Of a stretch of 64,000 nt of DNA, positions 1 to 9,671 are shown piece by piece. A program made the translations under genes and the position numbers. The notes under the pieces are model-generated. The model ran no database searches, was not told the origin of the DNA, and saw only the letters and a list, made by a program, of their open reading frames with translations. Source of the stretch: Andalucia godoyi And28 (taxonomy: Eukaryota; Protista; Jakobida); contig VRVR01000066.1 of the NCBI GenBank assembly GCA_009859145.1, forward strand, positions 1,419 to 65,418, written 5' to 3'. Numbering within the stretch: position 1 is the stretch's first letter; every line of letters begins with the position of its first letter.

Positions 1-927
1 CTGATAGCCTCCGTTCATCGGGATGTTTTTATTGCTGCAGTTCGTAACCACTGGGGTAATGAGGGCTGGCAACTAAGTACTCTTAAGAATTATTATTCAA
101 GAGCGCAAACTGGAAGCAGCACGCCGTTGCCAACCAGTTTTGTCGGCAGGATGATGGAATGGTTCAACATGATTCGAGCTGCGAGAAATGGAACCGAAGA
201 CCTGAACAGACGTTTCGAGAATTTCGGTCTTCCCAGTGACAGCGACGACAGCGACAGCGACGACAGTGACAGCGACGACAGTGACAACGAAAAATTTCAC
301 GAGGACATTTTTCGAGAACACGAGTTAATTGCTCTCCGAAGCATCTGTCGTGGGGCAAATTGTTGGTTAGGTTTTAATGCGTCGGGCTACAACACTGCGT
401 TGCTAGCTAACTACGAAGCCGAGTTGAAAAGTTCTGTGGTTCGACTACTCGCGGGATGGGTTCTGGGGCCTGTGGCAATTCGCCTGGAACACCGCATTTC
501 GCTGAATGATTCCTATGTGTTACTCGACATCGCACTTTTTGACTCGAGAGTAGCAAACTCCGAGAATGCTTTGGTGGTGTTTGAGCTCAAACACCATCAT
601 GCTCTTCGACCTCTACAATGGAATCAGATTGGCGAGGATATGTTCAAGCTTCACCAGGTACTGCATCAGCATCCAGAAGTTGAGAATGCATTCTTCGGAT
701 TCTGCTTTGACGTTCCAGAAACCTCCAGAGAAGTGCCTCCGGTGGTCCGGAAGTTTTTGGATGTTGTCAAAGAAGGCAGTTTTATTCATTCTTCTGGAGC
801 CCGTATAAAGCTCGGGGATAATGTGAAGTTTCCAGAACAGCTCATCGATGAAGATCCAAGAAAATATTGTTTGTCTGCGGCTGGAATTGGACGATGCGTA
901 TTTTTTGTGAAGATATTGCGCCAATAA
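1..927 (+). CDS. 5'-partial protein with an acidic tract and a putative PD-(D/E)XK nuclease (REase-like) domain
   Basis: Frame 1 has no stop from base 1 to the TAA at 925-927, so the gene starts upstream of the window (the ORF track starts it at TTG 127). Motif YVLLDIALF...LVVFELKH fits the D...(D/E)xK pattern. Confidence 0.6.
   Translation: MIASVHRDVFIAAVRNHWGNEGWQLSTLKNYYSRAQTGSSTPLPTSFVGRMMEWFNMIRAARNGTEDLNRRFENFGLPSDSDDSDSDDSDSDDSDNEKFHEDIFREHELIALRSICRGANCWLGFNASGYNTALLANYEAELKSSVVRLLAGWVLGPVAIRLEHRISLNDSYVLLDIALFDSRVANSENALVVFELKHHHALRPLQWNQIGEDMFKLHQVLHQHPEVENAFFGFCFDVPETSREVPPVVRKFLDVVKEGSFIHSSGARIKLGDNVKFPEQLIDEDPRKYCLSAAGIGRCVFFVKILRQ
235..285 (+). repeat. Coding microsatellite-like repeat (SD/SDD units)
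   Basis: agtgacagcgacgacagcgacagcgacgacagtgacagcgacgacagtgac, encoding SDSDDSDSDDSDSDDSD. Confidence 0.9.
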
Positions 928-1205
928 ACATGTCGTTTCATTTCCCAGTTGTTTGCAGATTCTTCTTGCTCAAATATCCTTTTGCGGCAATGTTCTTTGA
1001 TTATATAAGGCAATTGCCGCAACCCCCGCAAACCGAGCAACCCTTGGATGAAGTTGCAGAAGATGCGTTGTTCAGCCAGTGATTGCCGGTGCAATGTTAT
1101 TAAGTAATGGAAGCTCGACAGTGCTTGCAGCGAACCGCTCCAACAAACCAACACCAACTTCCGTCAGAACCTGTTTGTTGTTTGGGCCAGAGCTATAACA
1201 TCACG

Positions 1206-1282
1206 GTAAACCCCAGAGTCTGCAATTTTCCACACTTATTTTTTTTTTAAAAATCTTTTCTTGTTTATTTACATTTTAATAG
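1206..1282 (+). other. Putative 77-nt spliceosomal intron; host gene not resolved
   Basis: Begins GTAAAC, has a long T-rich tract and ends TTTTAATAG. I could not build a convincing long spliced ORF around it. Confidence 0.4.
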
Positions 1283-2251
1283 GGCCCAGAGATCCATTTG
1301 TCCAAGCTCCAATCTCCGATCTTGGAGCCGAACCATTTTGCTCGATCAACCGATACTGCTTTGTGGATGACATCTCAGACTTTTGTCGTACGGAGGAAAT
1401 TGATTGCAACTCGGATCTAGCAGATGACGCTCAGTTCGAGAGGACCCACCTTCCTCTCAGTATGCCCCTCGATCTGTAACGACAGTACATCAGCAGATAC
1501 ATTGCTGCGAATACAAGAACATTTTACCGCGTCCAGCATTCCATATACGGGGGTTTATTGTGCTCGCCGTGCACTGCGTTCTTTTTTCCACTGCATCTCG
1601 CGGGTCCATGCCTCTTTTGAAAGCCGATTGACAAGCGAGTTTGCAAATTTGTTGTATGCAAAGAAAACGACCTGAAGCTTCACTCCTTGGCAATAAAGTG
1701 CTCTATTATTTTAATATTTACTCTCTATCTTTATTATTCCACAATCTCATACTGTTATGTCTTGATATAATCTGCTTCAAGGCTTAATATGAAGGGTTTG
1801 TGTCGAGTGCAGTTGATAATTTGGATGTTCATGAGTGAAAAGAACACGATCGACAAATCGCAATTGGTTGGAAGCCGATCTTTCGACGCATCATTTTCAG
1901 AAAGACTGACTTTTCCACGAGCTTGTAAACAGAAGAAGACCAGCGTCAGGGCCTTTTTCCAGATGGCTTTCATGGCGCGTGTGTGATTCTGACTAGACGA
2001 TCTGAACACATTTGGGATATTCAAATACACTGTCATCATCTTTTACAGTGGTCTACTGAAATTTAGTATCTTTCACGACATCAATTATGTCTATTCTCAG
2101 TTTGGAAAGCAGTTTATTAAAAAGGATCCGATGAGGACAAGGCACACAAGATTGAAGAAGAATCAGGTTTCTGTTTTTCTTGTGGACTGTAGGCAAAAGA
2201 TCAAAAACTATAAAATGCTATGCTGTCCAATTGCCAGGTTGTTCGGTAGCT

Positions 2252-2743
2252 TCAACCAAAAACAGCGTTTATCAAGGAAGGAAGTACTGGACCCAGAGTA
2301 GAAAGAGCTGTGCCGAGGTCTGTCAAGCCAGCGAAATGCTTTGACACGACCCCCAACAACACGAGAAGCAGCATGAGACCGATGTTCCATTTCAAAATCT
2401 TCCACTTTTGTTCGTAATATCGGGCAACGTATATATCTGTCGGCATCGGGGTGTTTGGGAGGAAAATTGCACGAAAATGACGATCAGTCAAAATTGCTTG
2501 ATCACCTGAGAGACCCGCAGCCCGACGAATTGCTGTCTCCACTATCTCCATAGACTGATTCGTGCCCGTTGGAATAACGAATTCCGAACAAAGCCCGAAT
2601 TTGCACATACCTCTCTGAAACCAACGGAAATCGCAAAATATAAACAAAATCATCCAAAGATACGGAACAACGCCGGCTGGCAGAATTAAAGGAGCCAGCA
2701 AAGCGTATATACCCACATGGTGCGGAACATAAATCGACGTCAT
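2252..2743 (-). CDS. Small hypothetical membrane protein (~163 aa)
   Basis: ATG at 2743 follows a pyrimidine tract. Hydrophobic segments lie at the N-terminus (IYALLAPLILPAGVVPYLWMILFIFC) and the C-terminus (WNIGLMLLLVLLGVV). Confidence 0.5.
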   Translation of the reverse strand: MTSIYVPHHVGIYALLAPLILPAGVVPYLWMILFIFCDFRWFQRGMCKFGLCSEFVIPTGTNQSMEIVETAIRRAAGLSGDQAILTDRHFRAIFLPNTPMPTDIYVARYYEQKWKILKWNIGLMLLLVLLGVVSKHFAGLTDLGTALSTLGPVLPSLINAVFG

Positions 2744-4579
2744 CTTCTGGAACGAAGAAATACACTTCAATGAAGGAAAGGAAAAAGGTTAACAGACACG
2801 GGGTTAAAAAACGCGCGGAGAGTAAGAAGGAAAAGTGGAGTTAAAAAGGAGCAATGACTTAAAGGAATAAAAAGTATGGAAAAAGAAAAGAAGAATCTCG
2901 AAGGGAGAAGAAAAAGAGGAACGCGTCCTTAAGCATGTGCGCCACGTAAGCACTTCAAGTGAGTTGGCGTATGCGCGGGATACATCCTGTCGACGGCGAA
3001 GACGAGCAGCCCGTCAAAAAAAACCGGTGTCGGGTGATCCGCCTCCGGTCCCAGCAGACAACTGGCAGAATCCATCCGACCTTCGAGTTGAACCAGAATA
3101 ACTCGATTCGCCGACAGTGCTTTGACGGCAAGATCTGGGCTGCGTGTGATCAGAGGCATCCTTGGTTCTGTTATAGCAGATCATCAAATCCGGTCATCGT
3201 TCGACGAAGAGGAAGCCCTGTTCTCCTTTTTTTTAAAGTGGAATTGTTGTGTGTTCGAACTTTAACGTTTTTGGTTCGTTTCTGGAAACAAACTGGTTTC
3301 CCTTCTCGCTGGCACTCTTTTTTGGCAAAGTGTGCTGGAACATATTGGTCTTTTGGATGTTTTTGAGTGGAGTACACAATTGATTGAAAGCCTATGCTGC
3401 GCAACCTTCGAGACACCTTTTTGGAAAGTGGCTTTCCATGAGCATGTGAAATGGTGGAAGACTGGTGCCACGGCGCCCTTGCTTCTGGGCAAGACAATGC
3501 GAACACAACTGGATTTCACGAGGAACGGAAACGTGCAAGATCTTCCGTTCTCCTAACATCAAAACATACACAAATATCAAAGTAGCAGTCAACAGTTCCA
3601 TTCCACCACGACATCGAGTGACCATGTCTTGCATGTCCAGTGCGATTTCGAATTGTAAATTTCTGTCAATGCCATATAAAAACACTTGCTGCAAAAGACA
3701 CCAATCAAAACGCTATGGGTGGAAAACAAGTAGCACATCTGAACCGTTCTTCTTATGTAGCGTTCGTCATTAGCTCAAAATACTACATAACGAAGAGGAA
3801 AGAACGAACAAGGAGAGAAAGAAACTAACGGAGGGAAGAAGTTAACCAGACAGGATGGATTGAAACAGAAGAAGACAATAAAAACGAACAAAGAAAAGCG
3901 TGTCATTCAATCAGAAACGGTGAGCTCTGCAAGCAACCACGAACACCGAGACAAGCTATGATCTTGGTGGGAGTGAAGCCTGCATTCTGCCACATCATCA
4001 TCGTCGGAACGAGGCATTGAAATCATCCGTTGTCCGCTCGATTTTCAAGAAGATTAACTTGCAATAAACGCTCCCAGAGAAAGTGCGCACCTATGAGAAC
4101 TGTTAACAGATGGATCTTCAATTCTGCATTTCACGGAAATAATACATGGGCATTGATTTCTTAAACTAAGACTGGAATCATATTCTTCCATAGCGATACG
4201 AATGCGCGAATTGAAAAATAAAACTGGACATCATCATTTTCCTAATCTCGCCATGTCAAGCTCCACAACAGCCAGTTTTCGGCTCTATCCCATTGACCGT
4301 CGAATGCATCGTTGATCACCGCTCGCTGTCAGTGACTGAATTTTCGAGATTCTCCATCGGCATGAAACATGCGGGAATGCTGCGACCTCACGTGCACACA
4401 CTGTAACGCGATCGTTACCTTGTCCATGGAAACCATGTGCAACCTGCATCCGAAGCTCGTCTGCACATTTGAAAGTGGTAGGAGTCGCTGGCGTCATGTC
4501 GATTCTCAGTCAAATGTACACAACGGCGAAACCATGACATTGAAGAAAAAGTTCAAGAACAGAAACAAACCACGAAAAC

Positions 4580-5768
4580 TTGAAGGGCATACCAGCGGTT
4601 TTTCGTTTGTGGGGTAGCAGAGCCTCAAATGCTCGAGTCGTCTGCCGGACCTCAGTGCGATCCGAAGGCGACACCTGTCGATCTCTGTGGTTCCGTGTCA
4701 ATTGTACGAAATGCGTTGGATGCTGCCTTTCAAATTCAACGGTTTTCGTTTCCGAAACAAAATTGGATGGATCGGGATCGTTCTTGCAATTGTGCATCAC
4801 TTAAGACAAAACGAAACACCAAAGTCGGAGACATCAAGTCTGCTTCGGATCTTGCAAGACAAAGGAGTTTCAGTTGATCCGACTGCAGTGCGCATCATCC
4901 GAGAACATGCTCTTTCCTCTGCTGCTGCTGCACCGAGTGTTCTCATCGTGCACTGGATTCATTCTGGAATATTTTTGGTATGCTTACTGCACGCTCTCCA
5001 AAACGAGAGGCGCAACACCGACAGTGAAGGAGTTCACAGCGGTGATTGCTTCTCATGGGAACTGCAGTGCATTTCTTGACTGGCTTCGCACTTCATATTT
5101 ATCGATTGTGACAAACGCAATGCATTCGTTTGGAAACAATACATGCAGCAATACTCTCCGCAAATGTCTTTGATGTGACGTATTTTTTGCATTATCAAGC
5201 AGTGATGCCGTCGCTTCTCGATATTTATGTAATTTCCAATCACTTGCATATTTAACTTCTCACATGTAATAGGAGAGATATTTGACCAAATCAAGCTGAC
5301 AAGGACCATCTCTTTACAAGTTGAAAGATTGCTTCGGTTGCGAATTATGTTGCTAATGAACAGTTTACTTCGGACAGAAGCAAGTATCAGCAGTGGCAGC
5401 AAGAAATGCGATTCGAAGGAGAAGCGGACAAGCATTCCAAGGATCTAGCGAAACAATCATCTCCAGAACCGACGGCGGCTCCTAACATGACAGGGCAGAG
5501 CGCAGTGTCCTCGTAGAATGGATGACTGTCTTGATGCGCATAATCCTGTTGTGAACCAGAGTTTCACTCATGGTCTTCCATCGGAATTATCGCAGGATCG
5601 TACGTTAACAGTTTCACGTCCGACGTCAAATGAAGATCTCGGCTTGACTTCTTTCAGTAATGTGTCATCTAGTACTCGTGGCTCCGTGTTGAGGGTACCG
5701 CAACCAAGCGTCCGTGGAGAAGAATTTATTGGAAGGAAAGTAACACTACACATGCGAACTATTGTCAA
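4580..5768 (-). pseudogene. Decayed protein kinase gene
   Basis: Kinase-like pieces occur in order on the minus strand but in broken frames: LGCGT...LLKEVK (~5710-5660), FVTIDKY (~5115-5095), VSDFGVS (DFG at 4826-4818), EVRQTTRAFEA (~4650-4620). The TIDKY and EVRxTTRAFEA pieces are also found in the remnant at 57.2-57.35 kb. Confidence 0.5.
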
Positions 5769-6073
5769 ATGGGCTGTTGTTTACTGCTACTTGTAATTAC
5801 TGTACAACACATACGAAACACACATGAAACATGATTAACCACCAATAAACATCAACATATCACAAAGAAAACATAAGGATGTCAGGCGGAAAAGAAAACA
5901 TCTGAGTTGAAAATAACAAAGAAACTTGTGAAAGGCGTTTTCTCTCTGAGCTGAAGTCAAACGCAACAGTCACACCTGTACCATAAACGTAGAATGTAAA
6001 ACAGCATTACATAATCTAAAAGGCTCAATGATCAATGCAATCGCTCTGAAAGCTCCAAGCGTTCCGAGGAGCT

Positions 6074-9000
6074 TCAATCGTCACGGAAAGCATCGAGCCC
6101 CTTATTGACTGATGGGTGGGTACTGCCATGATAGCGAAGAAAAGACAATACTTGGCGATCCACCGTCGACAAGTGAACTTCACTTCCAGATAGTATTGCA
6201 AAAAGCTCTGAAGCGATCTCAACAATGCGACCGAACAGATCGCCATTCTTTCCACATTGGCTCAAGAGAAGGTAGATGAGTGCGTATTTTTCATACCGGA
6301 CGCAGAGTTCTTCGAAAAAGATGTCGGATAGAGGTGATGCATGGCAAGCCAGGTTGCGGAAGAATCGCAAGACAAAGAACATGCACATCCTGTTTGGACG
6401 GCACCGCCGTTTGTACGCAGAGATGTTATTGTACGGGTGAAGACTTTTCGAAATTAGAACCTTTTCAAACGAAATAGAGTTCAATATTCCATCAAGCAAT
6501 GGAGCCGCAGAAGCTGCAACAATCGCCCGTTGGTCCACATTCACTTGCATCAAATAATGAAGTGCCAATGAGTGATTCTCGCACTCAAACCTTCCGAAGT
6601 CCAAATCGCTCTTGACTTTGATGTCGCTGTAAAGATCTGTCAGTGGCTGAACAATATCCACAATGAATTGGATACAGTGCTTTCCGTCCCAGAAAAACGG
6701 GTGCTGTAGAACGTCTCTCATACGTGGACGGTGCGTGTAATTGTATGCTGTCATGCTTTTCACAAGGTGCGAGAACAGAATACGTGACGTTCCTTCAGAG
6801 TGGACCTCTGTAGCCAAATGAATGGCAATGCGACCATCGCGTATATCCTGCATATCGCGGTCCACCATTTCGTTATACAAATGAGAACTGTCCTGCGAGT
6901 CTTTCGAAGAAAACAAATCATCGCCACCAGAAAAGTATTGACAAGCATTTTTCAGATACTCGCACGTTAAAGATCCAGTACCTTGCTGCATTTGCGAAAG
7001 ATAGACCATCGTCCACCCCAGACTGAAGACATCTGATCGATACGTTCGCAGCGCCGGCTCGTTCACGAATTCCGGAGGGCGCCACCAAGGAGTTCCAAGT
7101 TGATGATGAGGATCCATACCAGAGTCAACATACGTTTCAGCCTCCGCATGCACAGACGAAATGCCAAAATCTGTTAGACGAAACACAAAATGCCCGTTGA
7201 CGATATCCAAGAGAACATTCCGTGGTTTAATGTCGCGATGAATCAAATTCGATGCGTGCAAAGCCCGAACTGTTTGGGCTAAGAGTTTCAATTGTTGAAA
7301 CAACATCTTTGATGATAGATTCTCATGAATTTTGGAAACTTTGCGGAAAACATCGCCGTCTGGATGGTAGGGCATAACCAACGCCTTCTGCTTCTGCAGG
7401 ACACGCCGACCATAGCTGCCGGAATCGACAGTACCCACATGAAAAACACGGACTAAACTCGGAAATTGTGAAGTAGGATTTCGAGGGATCAGGCCAAACA
7501 GCGTTTCCTCGTCCAACTGCACCACCTGTTCTGCAAAGAATCGACGCGCACTACCTTTCTCCACACTCTCCACACCTGATGGTCGGAATACCTTCACTGC
7601 TGTCGGGCCATGAATTTCACTTAATCCACGATATAAAATTCCTTCGGTCCCGCTGCCAATCTTGTTTCGCACAGAAAATAAGCACACTGGCCGGCCAGAA
7701 GCCACAACGACCATGAGAGAGTCTTCATTCTGTTGCATGAACAATGCATCGTCAGTGAATAATCTCCGTAATGTCTGGAAGAATGATGCATAGCGTTCAC
7801 CCAAGGGCACGATTTCATCTTCAACAATGATGCCGTCGCGATATGTTCTGAATTCAACATTCCCGTCTGCTTTCACCTTCACAATGCCTGATGGTGTCTC
7901 GGACACAAACCTGCCCTCGATCATGACGCCATCTTTGATCCAAGATTGCTTCGCATCGCACGCATCTGACAAACAACCTTCTCGGACGTGACCTGAGAAC
8001 TGCGCAATCAGTTCGAATGATGACACGTCAAACAACAATATTTCCCCGTCATCTGAGTCGGCGCACACAGTAAATGAATGCATCATTTGCGAGTTCCCAA
8101 CCAAGGTGTGCGATCCCATGCACAAGCGTAATCCTTGAGTAACAGTTCTCCAATCAGGATACAGACGCAAATCAGTACAATTTGCAGAGACAGTGCACCG
8201 CAAATCGCCATGAGATGCTGGCGCAATAATAAATCCGTTCTGCGATGACCAGGTGACAGCTTCGCAACCGATAGAAGAGAGACGTTGCCGCTCTTCACCA
8301 TCAAGGGTCCAAAGACCGTATCGCATTTTCTCGATCTGGCCTTCATAGCGTTCCACGGAAACACAAAGAAGGACACGAGAACCCCATCGAAACCATAAAT
8401 GCATCCAACGATTCGGACCCATTTCTACATGATGGAGACAGAATATTTGACGATCCGATGGTGTCACACACTTCAACGTTTCATCAACTACGGTTTCTGG
8501 GACTCCTAAGCCATAAACATGCAAGACGTCCTCTACAAAATAGAATTCAAGCGATGCATTCTCAGAGCGATTTAAATTCCCAAAGTTTTGCGGAAAATCG
8601 TTGGTAACATCATACTCGAAATAACCCACAACGAACTTGTTTCCGAGATTGTCGAACGAGACGCCATACACTGGCTCATGCATAACATGCAAATCAAATG
8701 AAGATGGAGGGGAAAAGAAAAGTCCAAACAGCGCGGGACGGTTATAAAGGAAAGAATTAGGAGAAATACAAGCAAAAACGCAGAGATCGTCTTCCACTCG
8801 TTTTCTGATAGAACTTGGCAATGAAATGTCATCCTTCAAAGATAGACAACGATCAAATTTCCACAATGACGCATGTTCGAGATGAAATATCCAATCACAT
8901 TGGACATGTTCGGCATCTGGTACTTTGCGATGCAAAAGGGGTTTCATAGCCCACGGCAACGAGCTAATACTGTCTTTTGAAGCCATGGAAAACTTCGCTT

Positions 9001-9400
9001 GCTGAACTGTTCCGACTGGAGCGGAGTGTAAAACAGGCCTCAATTCGAGTTGAGAAATGGTACGGCGCAGAATAACATCATCGACGTAAGTCCGCGAACT
9101 GTCTGGAGCAATGAGAACCAGAAGTTCGTCAAACCGATCAATGTGCTCTTGAACTTCCCTACACTTTCTGTCTTCAAAATCTTCTGCAAAGAAGATTGAT
9201 TGTTGAAGAGCGTGATTCCACAAGCCCAAGAGCACAATCGTTTCGTTGATATCCAGTTGTTTCTGAACAGATCTCAAGAATCGTTTGACATCTTGCGTGC
9301 CAGTGACCGGATCAACAAGCCAATCACTGGCTAGCACCCAGCGCTGATCAGTAGAAACCACAATAGACGTGCTGTTCAAATCAAATACCACGGGATACAT
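6074..9400 (-). CDS. Ser/Thr kinase plus KEN ribonuclease domain protein (IRE1/RNase L-like C-terminal module), N-terminal WD40-like region
   Basis: Kinase motifs IGSGTEG, TAVK, HRDIKPRN, DFG, GTPWWRPPE and SDVFSLG. These are followed by HPFFW and AYK...VLRFFRNLACH (RNxxxH, as in RNase L RNLGEH). WD40-like fragments: DGEILLFDVSSFELIAQFSGH and AVTWSSQNGFII. No signal peptide or clear TM helix. Confidence 0.85.
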   Translation of the reverse strand: MYPVVFDLNSTSIVVSTDQRWVLASDWLVDPVTGTQDVKRFLRSVQKQLDINETIVLLGLWNHALQQSIFFAEDFEDRKCREVQEHIDRFDELLVLIAPDSSRTYVDDVILRRTISQLELRPVLHSAPVGTVQQAKFSMASKDSISSLPWAMKPLLHRKVPDAEHVQCDWIFHLEHASLWKFDRCLSLKDDISLPSSIRKRVEDDLCVFACISPNSFLYNRPALFGLFFSPPSSFDLHVMHEPVYGVSFDNLGNKFVVGYFEYDVTNDFPQNFGNLNRSENASLEFYFVEDVLHVYGLGVPETVVDETLKCVTPSDRQIFCLHHVEMGPNRWMHLWFRWGSRVLLCVSVERYEGQIEKMRYGLWTLDGEERQRLSSIGCEAVTWSSQNGFIIAPASHGDLRCTVSANCTDLRLYPDWRTVTQGLRLCMGSHTLVGNSQMMHSFTVCADSDDGEILLFDVSSFELIAQFSGHVREGCLSDACDAKQSWIKDGVMIEGRFVSETPSGIVKVKADGNVEFRTYRDGIIVEDEIVPLGERYASFFQTLRRLFTDDALFMQQNEDSLMVVVASGRPVCLFSVRNKIGSGTEGILYRGLSEIHGPTAVKVFRPSGVESVEKGSARRFFAEQVVQLDEETLFGLIPRNPTSQFPSLVRVFHVGTVDSGSYGRRVLQKQKALVMPYHPDGDVFRKVSKIHENLSSKMLFQQLKLLAQTVRALHASNLIHRDIKPRNVLLDIVNGHFVFRLTDFGISSVHAEAETYVDSGMDPHHQLGTPWWRPPEFVNEPALRTYRSDVFSLGWTMVYLSQMQQGTGSLTCEYLKNACQYFSGGDDLFSSKDSQDSSHLYNEMVDRDMQDIRDGRIAIHLATEVHSEGTSRILFSHLVKSMTAYNYTHRPRMRDVLQHPFFWDGKHCIQFIVDIVQPLTDLYSDIKVKSDLDFGRFECENHSLALHYLMQVNVDQRAIVAASAAPLLDGILNSISFEKVLISKSLHPYNNISAYKRRCRPNRMCMFFVLRFFRNLACHASPLSDIFFEELCVRYEKYALIYLLLSQCGKNGDLFGRIVEIASELFAILSGSEVHLSTVDRQVLSFLRYHGSTHPSVNKGLDAFRDD

Positions 9401-9671
9401 GATGAATGGGTTTCTGTTAAATCAAATAACAACGTGGAAGCAAAATAAAATGAAGAAAAGGGGAACGAGGACGAAGCGGATCTTTTTTCCAAGAAAAGCC
9501 CGCTGGGGGCAGACTTTTTCTTCTGTCAGCGCCAGGCGCCCGGGCTGCAATGACAGGTCAGACCCGCTCCACCGCTTTTTTGTCGTGCGTCATTCGGGAA
9601 AATCGAAAAATCTCTTTCCTTTCTCTTTCTTCTCCGCTAGACAAATTTGTGTACACTTTCTATAAGGAATC

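Noticed and set aside
2929-3694. Short minus-strand ORFs with Cys/His residues and a possible acceptor (ctataacag), as exons of one gene
   Set aside because: I could not assemble a consistent spliced frame or recognise a domain.
6074-9400. Canonical IRE1 orthologue
   Set aside because: No signal peptide, luminal domain or TM helix is visible ahead of the kinase, so no gene symbol was assigned.
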